Below are positions 1 through 13,740 of a stretch of DNA of 63,757 nt, one piece after another. Every line of letters starts with the position of its first letter. Position 1 is the stretch's first letter. Below the pieces are notes generated by a model that saw only the letters and a list, made by a program, of their open reading frames with translations, made no database searches and had not been told where the DNA came from. The position numbers and the translations under genes were made by a program. The stretch comes from Balamuthia mandrillaris (lineage: Eukaryota), in NCBI GenBank assembly GCA_031835245.2, contig JAVKOQ020000011.1:372001-435757 (forward strand). Direction: 5' to 3'.

Positions 1-1746
1 TTTTCTTCGGAGCAACGTTCCTTTGTAGACAAAAGCAAAACTGCCTTCGCCGATTTGTTTTGTGTATTTGAGTTGGTCATGGCGAAGGCGATTACTGCGC
101 AGATGTAGCATTGCCAAGTCCGGAACCAATAAGGAGACTGGCACCGCTGGGCAGGCTTTGCTTGCTTCCAAGAGAGCTTTTTCTCTACGAGCTAATCGTT
201 GTTCTTTTTCTTCGTCTTTTTCCTTTGCCTTTGGTTCCTCCCATTCTATTTGTTTGCTTTTGTCAGAGGGAAGGAAGAAGAACAAGAAGAAGTGGAGATT
301 GACCTTCGTGATGGCCACAGTACATGAAAAGACGGAGATGTTGTGCTGCATTCTCACATGCCCCCAACTCATAATAAAAAGGCTCTTTGGCTTCTTTCTT
401 TTGGTAGCAATGTGAGCATAACACGCCAACTTTCGGCTGCATGGAAAGCATGTGATTAGTAAAGAAAGAAACGACAACAAAGAGAAAGAAAGAAAGAAGA
501 AATATAATCATAATTGTTAACGTACGTTCACTTGATACCAATCTTCCAAGAAAGCGTCAACACAAGAAGCGATTAGAACCATACAGGTGAACTGGTCATT
601 CGTATGTCCTTCTTCTTCTTCCTCGTATGGTGAAAGTCCCACTTTATCCTGGTGAAAGTCTCGCATGGAAGAAGACAATGGCTTCTTTATCGTAATGTTG
701 AACTCTTTTTTCTCAGGAGACGTTTCTAGTATTGCTATCTCCTTTCCCTGTTAACGAACAAGGAAGAGATTAGAAGGTAGAAAGATTTAAAAAAAAAAAG
801 AACAAAGAACAAAGAATAAATATGTACACAAGAAATAAGCATGCCGAACTTCCAAAAGGTCAAAATGTGAAAGTCAGGTTCAGCTATCAATCTAGCCATC
901 ACTCTGCTAAAGAAGCCACTCGGAAGGTACTCAAATTGATATCGCCGTCCAAAGAAGAAGTAACCATCTTGGTTCGTGTTTCCTCTTTCAAACTGGTCAA
1001 ATAAAGACTGTTGTGTCGTTGGGCGAACAATCGGCAACAAGCTCGGAATAAGCAGATAGCGTTCATTTGTTTGTTGTTGCTGAGGAATGTTGTTCACTGA
1101 TGCTGTTGATGTCACAATGTCGAACGATATCTCGAAGAGGTTAAGCAGAGAGAGCAAGAATGGATGTAAGTGAGGAGGGTAGTCTGGTTCTTGCCAGATC
1201 TGAGGCAACGCTGAGAAGTAAAGCAACCCTTCTTTGGCCCATTTGTGTTTTGTGGTGATGATTGTACTCATCATCTAAGTGTGAGGAAGAAGCATAGAAG
1301 TGAGTTTTTTTGGGGAGAAAAAAATAAAAACAAAATAAAAAGACCTTTGTGAGCCACTGAGGACTCAGGATTACAAGATTGTTCAGCTTTTCATCCTTTT
1401 CAAAGTAGATCAGAGACCCAAAGTTGTGAAGGAAACAAGTTGCCGTTAGTAAGTCTGACTCGTTGTCAATTCCACACAAACGTCCTAACGCTTTGTGCTC
1501 TGTTTGTGAAACAGAATAAGACGAGGCCAAAAGCGTTAGTGCTTGTTGAAAACAAGGACAAGAAAAGCATAAATACCATCCCAACTGATAATAGGAGGGT
1601 GACGTGATTTGCGTTCTTGCAAGATGGTCGTCTGCAGCTGAATGTAGCTATTGGGTACTTCCTCTCCCATATGAGAAGAGGTGCTCAACAACTCTTCTAT
1701 CTTGTTCACCAGCTCCGGTAATCCCTGCAACGAGTTCATTAGTATT

Positions 1747-1780
<34 letters not shown>

Positions 1781-4700
1781 CCTCTCCCCTCACTGTTCTC
1801 AGAAAGTTGAAAAGTAGAAAGAGGAGGAATGAGAAGGACAATAAAAGGAGAAGAGAAAACATACCTGGCCAGCGGAGCAGCTGATAAAATAAATACCTTT
1901 AATAGCTCGTCTAAAGCGAGCAAAACGTTCCTTTAAATCCTGCCCTTTACGATCGATCCAGTTTTGGTCAATGCTCTCATCATCAATATGAGTGCCAACC
2001 AACAGGATTGGAGCACTGCTTGCTCGTGATGTAACAGAATAAAGCCTGTGTTTCGTTCATGGAATTGTTGTGAGAAGAGGGTAGAGGGCGGAGGGAGAGA
2101 GTAGAGTGAGATTTTACCAATGTTCTAAGCATTCTTCGGATTCGGAGTTGAGAACATTCCAAACTACCAAGAACATGGATCGTGCGGAAAGGAAGAACTG
2201 GTGGGTTGTATAGTACAATTCTTGTCCTATTGATTTTTTGGTTACCAACCGTAAACAGGCCAGAAAAGAGGACGAGGAAGACAAACCAGCAAAGTCCCAA
2301 ACGCTAAGTTCAACATCTTTAGACTCTCCTTTGAACTTAATGTTGATCTTCCAATGTTCGATGTCGATGCCGTCCGTGGATAGGGGAGGAGTGCCCGGTG
2401 TTGCATTTCCTCTATAATGTCTATCCAAGCACCGCAATACACTCGTTTTCCTATTTTTCGCTCTTAAGTTCACAAAGAGCGAGAGATGAAAAAAGAACAA
2501 ACATAAGAACGTACCCGACGTTTTCTTGTCCAACTAACATAAGCTTCATGCTATGCAGTTTTGTATTTCCATTAAAAGCTTGTCGCAGGAAGCTCATAAC
2601 GTCATGCTGACCCCTGCTCATGATATCTCGCGTTGGGTACTGCCATTGTGGAGAATCATAGTTCAGCTGTAAACCGAAACGACGGTAATGACCTTTGTCA
2701 GGGTGTCCGTTGCTGCCACTGTTGTTGGAAGTGGTAAATCGGGCTGTGGAATTACGAAGGCTGTCGGTGCTTGTTGCTCCTTTGGTGGACAGGGTGAGAG
2801 CACGCTTCGATGACTTAGTTCTTGTTCCTAAAGAGTGCAACAGCGAGTTAACGTTTGATGGAAATAGAAGAAGAAAAAGAGATGTACCAAGCAGAACATC
2901 ACTGAAAGAACCAGAAGCCACAGGTTGCTCCAGCTCACGAAGACATCCGAGTTGGGATGGCAATCGGGTCAGCTCCTCGTTATCGATTACGTTGAAGATC
3001 CTCAACCTTCGCAAATGGCCGATTTCGATAGGTATCTCCGTCAGCTTGTTACCCTCCAATTGCAGCTCGATGAGGTTGCAGAGGTTGCTTATTTCTTTGG
3101 GGATCTCTGCAATGCTATTGAAGTTCAGCAACAACTTTTGTAAACGGTCCAAAGCCAACACCTCAAATGGAATGCACGTGAGGTTGGCTGAGCTTAAATT
3201 GAGGATCTGAATGTTGGCCAATCCTTTCCAGAAGCGTCTCACCGGTTTCAAGCGCCATGCTTTATGTTCGTCCTCTTCTCCTTCTTCCTCATCTTGCTCG
3301 TGCCTATCTAGTTTTAGTTCTTGTTGTTGCTCTCGTTCTCTGTCTTCCGCGGCTCGCTTTTGTTTTTGGCGCAATGTCATGATGGTTTCTAACTCTTGAG
3401 AAAAGATGTCATCCTCTTGAGAAGGAACCGAGTACTGAGCAACTCGTTTGTTGTCGCCACTCACCAAGGAATGTTTCAATAGCGAAGAAGACGCCTTGAA
3501 CAACGCTGGACCCAACTTTCTCTTATTCTTGAAAGAAGAGGATCTTGTTGTGTCGTCACTTTGGTCAACTTCCGTCATCATCGTGACTGGTGGCACGATA
3601 TTTGCCAGTCGTTGAGCTTCCATGTATCGTTTGAATTCCTTTCTGCCTTCGAAGAAAAAGTCGAGGTGGATGCCTTCCAAGTTGATGGATTTCAACCGGC
3701 ATTCACTCTGCTTCTCTCCTGTTCTTTCCAAACCTTTGTCTATATCATCATCCTCGTCGTCATTATTATTGTTAGTATCGCCTTCGGGGTTGGGTTTTGT
3801 GCACCAGTGAAACTCTAAGAGGTGTCCTTGAAGGTCGGTGTTATTGGCGATGCTGAATGTGTTTAGGTCTTTCAGGTAGTTCAACTCTTTGCCAGGAACG
3901 GACTTAAGTTTTGGATTGTTGCCTATATCTAATACCTGAAGTATGATTGGAAGAAACAAAAAGGTAGGATAGGAAAAGTTTAGGCCAAAAGAATGAGAAA
4001 ATTTAAAAAGTATAAACTGTAGACAAACCTTAAGCCGTGTGAGCTGAGGAAGAATACCTTCTGGAAACACTTCAAAGTCATTCGAGTCCAAAACGAGTTT
4101 ACTCAGCTTCGGGAAAGAGATAAGCCATGATGGGATCGCTCCCTGCAAATGATTGTCGGCCAACGTAAGATAATGCAGATTGGTGAGACGAGACAAAGAA
4201 GCAGGTAAGTTCTGCAACTCGTTTCCATCCAAATGAAGAGCCCTTATAGAAGTAGCTAGAGCTGAGCCTATACCGCTTGGAAGAGAACTCAAACTGTTGT
4301 AACTTAGGTCAAGCTCCTGTGGTTGGACAAATATATGGTATTAGTTTTCCAGCGAAGCACCCTTCAATTAACAATAAAGATGAAGATGAAGAAGTAGGAG
4401 AAGAATAAAAACAAGCACAAGAAGAAGGAGATGAAGAAGAAGAAGAATAAGCAGAGCTACGAAGAACAAGAACAAGAAAAAGAAGCGAAGGAGTTGAGGA
4501 CGAACCACAAGGTGCTTAAGACCAGATATCATGGTGTTATCGATGGTTGCAATTTGGTTGTTGGCAAGGCTGAGCTTTTTCAGTGCGCTAAGTTGTGCCA
4601 AATGCGGAGAAAACGAGTTAAGAAAATTGCCACTAAGATCCACTGTTCGCAATCTCTTCATCAATGCAGCTATTTCCTGTGTTTGAAAGAGAACGAGTTA

Positions 4701-7441
4701 CACAGAAATAAAGACAAAACATAAACAATAAAAAAGAACCTTTGGCACGATGTGAAGACCAATGCCACGCAAGTCGTTTGAGCCACTGGATTGACCACCT
4801 TCAGGAGCAAAGTAAAGGTTGGACTCCTTCTGCTCGATGTTGGATAGGGCTGTCAATAGACCAGATCTGCACACCCAACGAAGGTAATAGGCATTCCACA
4901 ATCGTACATGTTCTGGAACGGGATACACCCATCCGTCTGGTTGGTCTTTTGGTAAGAGAGAAAATAAAGCAAGAGAAAAACATTAGTAAAAGAAATGAAG
5001 CAATTGAGGCGAAGGAGAAGCATAACAAAAAGAACAAGAAGAACAAAACGAAGATTACCTTTGTCAGCAGACCCGTTTCGTTCAGGTAGCATGGTTGGAC
5101 GGCGGCTCGGAACAGAAGAATGTGATGATGAAGACGACAATGACGACGAAGAAGACGAAGAAGAAGGAGCATAGAAAGGATTTGTGAATCGAGAGGAATT
5201 CTCTTTGGCGGTGGCCAACGACCAAATGGAAATGGTTCTCTCCTTCAACGCCACCCTTTCCTTCGGAGAGTCCACTAAAAAGCTGCCAAAGCGACAGTTA
5301 TAAAGTGAGTCCACCAAAAACAGCAGAAACTCTTCGTTGAACTCGAAGCAAGAAGGGTATTGTTCCCACAGCTGAAACACGCAATCGAGAAACATGATGA
5401 ACACTGAAGCTAACGGATCCGTTTTGTTCTTGTTCTGGTCTTTTCGCTCACCATTTGCTGATGCAGGAGCTCCGTTTTGTGGTGTCGTCGGAGCTTCTTT
5501 TCTCCCCTTCGAACCTGTCGTCTTTTTGGATTTCTTTTCTTTCTTCTCCTTCTTTTCTTTCTTCTCCTTCTTGTTCTTTTCGTTTTTCTTAGTCTTATCG
5601 TTTGTTGCAGTTGGTAACTTTTGTCCAAACTTGAAGCCAGAAGAAATCCATTCCTTCTCCACCAACAATCCAAACCCAGAAATCGTTCTGTAATATGGAT
5701 CAGCACAAAGTTGAACCAGAGAGTTCAACAAGGGCACCAACTGATCTCCTCCCCCATCTTCTTCTTCGCCTTTATCTTGCTCGCTTGTATTTCCTTCACC
5801 AATGGCAAAAAGAAGAGCCGCTCTGTTTGCAATAAGAATGGACTCGCCTTTCTCCAATCGCTTTAACAACTGTCCGACAGAGCGCAACATAACGCGAATA
5901 TGCTTCAACCAATTCGTTTGTTCCAACTCTTCCATCCAACTCGTTGCTTCGGTTTCTTTCTCAACTGAGTCGAATGGTAAGGTCTTTTTCTTCTCTTTCT
6001 TCTCTTTCTTCTTTTTCTGGCCTCCTTCAACGACGGCATTCGTTTCTCTGGTTCCTTCTGCGCACAACGTTTTCAGCCGTTGAAGACTAGAACAAATGTC
6101 GCCGTCCGTAGCTACTTTCAGTGATAAAACCTCGGTGTGTCGATTCACCTGCGGAAGGTGATGAAGAGAAGGAGCAGAAGAAGTAGAAGTTGAAGATGAA
6201 GAGGGCAGTGAGTAAACTCGAAGCTTGGCATTTTCTCCCAATGCATTCAATAGACTTTCTAACAGCACCACTGAAGGTGAAGATGAAGGAGAGGGCGAAG
6301 AAGAAGAGGAGGGTTGCGGAGTGGAAGAGGTAGCACTCCCTTTCTTTTTGTTGGTATCTTTTTTCTTCTCCTTCTTCTCCTTCTTTTGTTGTTTCTTGTT
6401 GAGCTTTTGTTGTTTCTTCTCAACGTCAGCAGAAGAGGAAAGAGCTCTGCCGATAGGACGGAGAGAGAGTAGCATGGCGTTGTTGCGAGCGTTTCGCCAA
6501 CTCAAAGAAAAAACGACTCGGTTGTCCTTTAACTCAACATCGTTGAACTTCTTGGGAACAGCGAGGTGGCTAGCATGCGTAGAGGAAAAGCTGTAGTCTC
6601 GGTTGAGGTCTGATATCCGCCATTCCTTCAATGGAACCTATAGAATAATGGAAGTCAAGAGAAGAGGAGAAAGCGAGAGAGAAGAGCGAAGTGAGAGGAG
6701 CGCAGAGAAGAAAGAAGAGAGAAGAAAGAAGAAAGAAGAGAGGAGATGAAAGAGGGGAGAGAGAGAGAGAGAGAGGAGAGGAGAGGAAGCAAAGAGAAGG
6801 TGAGAGGGAGAAAAACGAGACTCTGATGCGTTGAAACTCAGCAACAGGGTCATAAATGTTCCACCCATCAGCATGCTCAGGCAAGTTCTTCCACTTGACC
6901 TCCAACGTTTTGAAGCAGAAGAGGTCGTCATTGCAGGCGGGTATAGCCCCTCGCAAGGCCTTCTCCGTCTCGTTCAGCGTCTCCACTTTGGCGAAGCTCA
7001 ACGTGGCCCGGTTAAAGTCCTTGCATTGCAACTCGAGGATGTTCTCGCTGAGGTTTGAGGAGGAAGAAGAAGATGAGAAGGTTTTGACGGCTCGCTCGTG
7101 AAGGAGGAGGGACTGGACTTGGAGCTTTTCGATGCAGCATAACGCTATGGAGACTTGTTGTTGGCTGCTCCCTTCCTCAAACCCCTTTTTGTGTCCGTAA
7201 GTGAGGGGGAAGAAGAACAAGAAGAAAGAAAAGACGAAAAAGTTACCAGCAGATGGCTCTTGTTAGTGCCGGAGCTAGAGGTCTCGAACAGGATCAAGCG
7301 GTAGTTGGTGACCCAGCAGCAGCCCTCCGTGCTGTCATACAGGGTTTGTCCCCTCTTGTGCAGCTGGTGAAAAAAGAAGCTTAGTTTGTCTGGAACCTGA
7401 TAGACCAGCGTTTCTCCTCCCAACAGTAGTGGTGTGCCCAT
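1..7441 (-). CDS. Roco protein, Pats1-like: GRAM + myotubularin-like + LRR + Roc GTPase + COR + start of protein kinase; multi-exon, 3' end beyond the window
   Basis: N-terminus MGTPLLLGGET..WVTNYRLIL (GRAM-like). Myotubularin motifs WLKHIR, LVQLCADPYYRTISGFGLLVEKEW, FEFNEEFL, CRFGSFL. LRRs at 2950-4670. Roc motifs MKLMLVGQENVG/KTS (split by an intron), STDGIDI, WDFAGQELYYTTHQFFLS, VGTHID. COR motifs FLHNFGSLIYF, VILSPQWLTK, LPSGFFSR. Kinase Gly-loop IGEGSFAFVYKG near position 20-60. Confidence 0.93.
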
Positions 7442-7732
7442 CCCTTTGTTTTTTTTTTTAACTCCTTCTTGCTTCTTCTTCACCGCCCCTTCTTTGATCG
7501 GCTCATCAAAAGGAGGTCCCGAGTCCCTCCAAGAAGAAGAAGAAGAAGAAGAAGGGTGTTACGTCCTTCGGAGTGCCTGGTCGTGGCGTAACACCAGGTG
7601 GCGGAACAACAAACGGTTACAAGACGGTTTTTGCCCGCCACCGTTGGTGCGTCTCAGCCGATAGTTAGGTTAGCTGGCCGCATTCATGTGGGTAGTTTGT
7701 CCAATGGACGAAATCATGCACCGTTTATTCAT

Positions 7733-7768
<36 letters not shown>

Positions 7769-7909
7769 ATCCCTAGAGACAGCACTCCCTTCGTGAAACC
7801 ACAACAGCAACAACAAACTTGAGTAATACTGAATACAACACATTTTTTTGAAAAAAAAAGCACAAAGAAAACTGATGAAGAGAAAAGAGAGCTGAGGAGA
7901 GAGAGAGAT

Positions 7910-7952
<43 letters not shown>

Positions 7953-7991
7953 GAAGACTAGTACAACAAAAACAAATCATTTCACCACTTA

Positions 7992-9260
7992 TCAGTCATC
8001 TCTAAACTCCTCGCTGTTCATGAGAGCATCGATGCGTTCCAACAGCTCCTTCTTGGTTCTCGCAGCAACGGGCGGGTCGAGCGTGGACAAGTAATCGTCC
8101 ACTTCGTTGACGTGCCCCTCCAAGATCTTGTCCATCATCTCTTCCATCGAAAGTTTTACTCCTCCTCCACCACTTTCATGAGCATCGCTTCCGGAGGAGG
8201 ATTCCTCCTCCGAGACCTCCTCTTCTTCCTCCTCTCCCGCTGTGCTCTCGCTCTCGCTGCCCTCTCCGCCAATGTCGTTGTAAGACAGGTCGATCTCCAC
8301 GTTGGAGTCTTCATCGTTGTTGTTGATCATCTCGGTGAAGGTGTTGTGGCCACCGATCATGGAGCCTTTGGCCATTAACAGGGAACCGCGTCGTATCTTT
8401 TTCATAAACTCCTCTTGTTGCTCGCCAGGTTTCGCCTTTGCGGCGTCGCCCTCAGCATTGGCGTCGTCAGCGCTTTGCTATATTTATTGTTATCATTTCA
8501 GTTACGCACCAATTAAAATAATAATAATAATAATAAGAAAAAAGAGAAGTAGAAGAACAAATAAGAACAAGAAGACGTAAGTCACAAAGAGAATAACAAA
8601 CCGTTGCAAATATGGTTTCGTATTGTTCAATCATGTATTTGATGAGATTGTTGGCATGAGAGCTGTCCTGAATAGCAATGTCTATCTGGTCACCGGGCGG
8701 TCGCAGTAACGTTGGAGCGAACACGATGGCAAGATTGTTGACGTTCATTAAGTTCACGTCCGCGTGTTGAATGATTTTGTGGAGCAAACCCATCAAACGC
8801 TCTAAAATCTTTTTGTTTGTGGATGGAAGAAGAGCAAGCACTTGTTGTATGGAACGCGCTACGTTCCCTCCTTGTGGTGTTGCTTTATTTGAGAGAGAGA
8901 GAGAGAGAGAGAGAATTGATTAAATGAGGAAACGCGTAGTCCTGTAATAAGAGGAAGAACGAAAACAGAAGGAAGAAGGAAGAAGGAAATGGAAAACGAA
9001 CGAACCAACAGCAGCGATCCAACAATCGTATAATTCAAAGGTGAGGAGAGGGGCAGGAGATTCGCGGAAAAAGATTTTAAGGACACCGGCCACAGTGTGA
9101 GGATCCATAACTTTGGTCAGATCCACCTTCTTGCCTGCCAAGTAGTCTCCTTTGAGTCGCTTTACATCATTCTGGGAGCCTGATACTCGGAACAAGCCTT
9201 CCAACTTGAGACGTTCTATTGTTTCGACTCAGAGTAAGTTTGATGAAACATGCAGCAGCA

Positions 9261-9291
<31 letters not shown>

Positions 9292-10098
9292 AAGAAGAAG
9301 AAGAAGAAGAAGAACAAGAAGAAGAAGAAGAAGAAGAAGAAGAAGAAGAACAAGAAGAAGAAGAAGAAGAAGAACAAGAAGAAGAACAAGAGGAAGAAGA
9401 ACAAGAAGAAGAAGAACAAGAAGAAGAAGAACAAGAAGAAGAAGAACAAGAAGAAGAAGAAGAAGAAGAAGAAGAAGAAGAAGAAGAACAAGAAGAAGAA
9501 CAAGAAGAACAAGAAGAAGAAGAAGAAGAAGAAGAAGAAGAAGAAGAACAAGAAGAAGAACAAGAAGAAGAAGAACAAGAAGAAGAAGAACAAGAACAAG
9601 AAGAAGAACAAGAAGAAGAAGAAGAAGAAGAAGAAGAAAGAGGAAAGAAGGAGAAACAAAAAGGCAAAAAGAAAGAAGAAGGAACAGATCATGAAAGCGG
9701 CAATGAGACCTGGTGTTTCAAGATAGGCAACAGTTTGTTCAACAATGGCGGGCACTCCTTCTTCCAGCGTATGGTTTTCATTTGCTCCATTAGAGCCTCT
9801 TCTGCCGCCACCTTTGACCTTTTTGTCTTTCTTTTGTTTCCGCTTCTGTTCTTTCTTGTCCTTTTTGGCCGCCAACTTAGCCGCCTGTTGCTGCTTCTTC
9901 AATTCTTTCTTGGATACAGCCCCTGTATCACCCGCTCCGTCTGATGCCACTAAGTTTACACCCTCTTCCTCTCCGTCTTCTTTGCCAGGAGTTAATGTTG
10001 CTCCTCTCGTCTATATCCAAAACAAAAAAACACACACAAGAGCAATGAGTCGAAGCGGATAACAAATTAGCAGACAGCAGAAAGCATGAAGGAAGTCG

Positions 10099-10144
<46 letters not shown>

Positions 10145-10481
10145 CAGCAAACAACGACAAGAACGAAAGAAATGACGAGGAAAGAAAACAAAACAACGGC
10201 ATTAAAAGTTTTAAAAAAAGAAATGACAACGAAAGAAAACACGAAGGAGAGGGTACCTTTGTTTTCTTTCTCGCTTCAGGTTTGCCTCCCTCCACGGGAA
10301 GAACGTAATAGTTGGGGAACCAGCCCTCCTTCTTGCCGTAAAAACCATAGTAGAGGTCGTTTTCCTGGTCCACCCGCTCCACCGTCACGTCCTGCCCCTT
10401 CTTGAAGCTGAGGTCGGTCCTGACCTTGGACTTGTGGGCTTGGATGGCTTTCGCCAGAAAGGGCACCTCTGGGGTTGTCAT
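7992..10481 (-). CDS. SH3 + RhoGAP protein with acidic C-terminal tail; multi-exon
   Basis: SH3 motif DLSFKKGQ..GKKEGWFPNYYV. RhoGAP motifs EGLFRVSGS (arginine finger), DPHTVAGVLKIFFRESPAPLL, NLMNVNNLAIVFAPTLLR. Confidence 0.92.
9262..9638. repeat. Intronic (AAG/AAC)n compound microsatellite, about 375 bp
   Basis: Directly visible, inside an intron of the RhoGAP gene. Confidence 0.97.
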
Positions 10482-11131
10482 TTTTTTTTTTTCTTGTTCT
10501 TTTGCTGGTGGCTCCAACCAAAGGAAAAGAACACCCGATCAGCCGTTTTGAATCATCATAAATGCAAAGGGAAAAAAAAAAAATAATACAGAATCGCATT
10601 CGATTTCACCTCTCTTTCGAAAGTTACTTACGTTAGGGTTACTCACTGCACCACCAAAAGCAGGATTATTTTTCAAAATAATTTTAAAAAAAAATAATAC
10701 AGAAAGCAAATAAATAATCCGTCGGACTGTTTTTTTTTTTTTTTTGTCACCACCACCGATCCGCTTGAGGAGAGGAAGAAGAAGAAAACGAGCGCAAGCG
10801 GCTGGCTATTGCGGCTGGCTTCACCCCACTTCTCTTTGTTCAACAACGGAAAGCTTCGGCCCGGCTTTCTTCTTTGTCTTTCTTTTCTTCCCAAACAAAA
10901 AAATATAAATAAATAAATAAAAAGAAAACCGAAATTTTAATACATTAAAAAAAAGTGGGGGTACGGTTGCTTCGATGACGGTCGGGAATAGTCTAGAAAT
11001 GAATGTGCGGAACTCACGTAGACGCCTTTCCAGCTGCGGGGGTCTCTTCTCGCGTCCCAGGGAGGGATAATGAGTCGACAATTATTTATTGTCGACAATA
11101 AAAACAAAATAAAAAACGAAAAAAAAAAAAG

Positions 11132-13500
11132 ATGAAGAGAGCAGACGCTGAGGTGGAGGGCTTGGCGGAGGAGGAGACGCGTTCCAGGAGGGACCTCCCG
11201 CGACCCAACGTCGATACGACCATCCCTTCTTTGGTGGAGGCTCTCTCTCACACCAAAGTCCATGAAGAGGACGTGAAGGTTTGTTTTTTTTTTCCTCCCC
11301 CCTTCATTCAACTCGCAGTTTGCGCCCTGCTTGGTGGGCTTTTGCGGCTCATCTAGATCTCACTCTCCACTTTCTTCGCTCTCACTTCAAAAAACAAAAG
11401 GCGGTGCAAAACGTGGCGCTGCGACCAGAGTTGTGGAGGTACAAGGGAGAAGGCGCTGCTCACCTCGTCCTTGAATTCAACGACGATGCTGAGGAGGAGA
11501 GAGAAGAGCACACTACCACTGATGAGGTTTCTCTGCTGGTACCTTTTTCTTCAGCACAAAAAACAAAAACGTTTCACTCACACTGCTCTGAAAGAAAGGA
11601 CATGTTCTTCGGGTCATGAAACGACAGCACACTAACAGTCACTCCGCCAACAGCAACAACATCCCTTCACATGAGCTTCACATACCTGCCGAGGGCTTGC
11701 TGTGGTTTCAGGGCAAGCCGTTGGAGGTTCACAACTACGAGCTGAAAGAATTTGCTTTCATCGCCAACGTCATGGCTCCGTTGCTTGGAGAACGGTTTGT
11801 TCATTCTGGGGTAACACTCTTTCTCCCTTTTTTTTTTGTTAGTTGAGAAGAGAGAAGCGAGAGCAGAGAGCAGAGAGAGAGGAGCAGAAAGCCGGAGAAA
11901 GCGTGAATTCGCTGACAATTCTGTTATTACAAAACTATAACGCAGATACCACTTCAAGTGAATCCAGAGTTTCTATCCACGTTATCACAGAGGATTAACG
12001 GAGACCGTCCAGATCATAGAAAGAAAGAGGCTGATGTCGATGACACCAGCACCTTTGCATTCATTCTTCCAGACTTATCCGTGTTCCCAAGAACCAACAA
12101 GCTGTCCGCTCCCTCCATATGTGTTGAAATCAAGGTTTCATTCCCGTGTTTCTTGTCTCGTCCTTCTTTGTCGCTTCGCTTTCTTTAAGTTCCTTTTTTA
12201 ATTATACATTCTATGGTCAGCCCAAATGGGGGTTTCTTCCAAGTTCTCCTCTAATTCGTCAAGGCCACAGCATCAAAGGACGAGTGTGTAGATATTGTAT
12301 GCTTCAACGGTATAAACTGAAGACAGGAAAAATTAGCGAGATTAGGTTTGAATTTCTTTTGCGTTCTTATTTTGATGCGTTCTCATTGCTCTTTTTTCTT
12401 GTTTTTTTTAAACAAAAAAAAAAAAAACACACAATAAAGTGCCTATTGTCCGTTGGATCTCTTTAGTTTCGACGAGAAACGTGTTGAACGTGCCCTTTGG
12501 GACATGTTGTCCGTTCCACAGAATAACATTAAGATCTTTGTGGATGGCACTTTACGCTATACTGGCTCCTTGGCACGCCCCTTCTCTCTCGCTCTCTCCC
12601 TCTCGTTTCTGTATGTATTTTTTCTCTTCTCTCTAATATAATAGTTGTTTTATTGTGATGGCACAGGGAGGAGCCAAGCGACATTTTACATTAGAAGAAC
12701 TGGAACTTGCGCTACGCCCCACGTTGGCATCTGAAGGAGATAAAAAAGACAACATTAACAAGTAATTGCATTTCCATTTTGGTGAGATGATAGCTTTTTT
12801 CTAAAGTAATATCTCATGTTAACAGACGATGCATATCAAAGCTTGTTCGCATAGTGACATCGATACTGGTGAAGGAGCGATTGCTTTCAGACTTGCGGGC
12901 GGTCCAAGAAATGGATAACTTGGATGTGGAAGCAATCCACTTCCTCCACAAAAAGCTGTGTCACGTAGGACTGGATTCTCTTGCCAACGAATGGGATGAA
13001 ACCACTTTGAAATTATTTGAAGGAGATTCTGGTTCTCTCTCCTATTGTCGCTCTCTTTTCCTTTTTCCTAGATCTTTTTATTTACTTCCCTCTTTTCATT
13101 CATAAAAGAGAGCCGGCAAGAATTTGTGGAAAAGCTGCAACAAGGAAAACTACATAGAGACGATTATATCAACGCCATTCGCGACTTTCTCATCTCCGCC
13201 ACCGCCAAAGATTGTTCCATCATGATCACCATTCAACCCTCTTCTCCCACTGACTTCTCCTTATCTTCCTCCTGTTCTTCTTCTCCATCTCCTATCTCTG
13301 TTCTTGCCATCGACAATGAAGACTACAAGTATAGAATAGCGTTGGTGGACCTCGACCCAAAGCCTGTCTCCAACATTCCGTTCTGGTATGCGTTGGACCA
13401 GAAGATTGTGGAGAACTTCCTACGGGAGCTCCGGCAAGGCACATTGGCCCCTCCTCTTCCACATTGCTTGGCAAGAGACCAGGATGCAGAACAACCTTGA
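11132..13500 (+). CDS. IPPK: Inositol-pentakisphosphate 2-kinase (Ipk1/IPPK); multi-exon
   Basis: WRYKGEGAAHLV, CVEIK/PKWGFLP, CRYCMLQ, YCPLDLFS, QNNIKIF, FLISATAKDCSIMI and VDLDPKP are the conserved IP5 2-kinase blocks, in the expected order. Confidence 0.93.
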
Positions 13501-13740
13501 ACCCCTTCATCTGTTAATTGTTTGACGAAACGGCGCTGCAAATTTTATTTTCCTTGTTTTGATTGTTTGCTTCACTCTGTGTGTCAAGAACTCTCTGCTG
13601 CCGCCAGACAACAGGACTCCATGCTGTTCGATTTTTCATCTAAAATTTTCCGCTAAATTATTTCCAGGAAAATTTTAGATCCAAAAAAAATTGGAGCAAA
13701 TAGAAAGAAAAAAGAATAGACAAAAGGAAAGGAAGAAGAG

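Noticed and set aside
9152..9950. Poly-R, poly-K, poly-S and poly-F ORFs (also near 20020-20320, 21400-21935 and 32700-33070)
   Set aside because: Translations of intronic trinucleotide microsatellites.
7992..10481. RhoGAP as the N-terminal part of the downstream Roco gene
   Set aside because: The RhoGAP frame has a stop at 7992, the intervening DNA has stops in the frames I checked, and the Roco gene has its own ATG at 7441.
10632..10641. Isolated GTTAGGGTTA
   Set aside because: A single telomere-like hexamer upstream of a gene, expected by chance.
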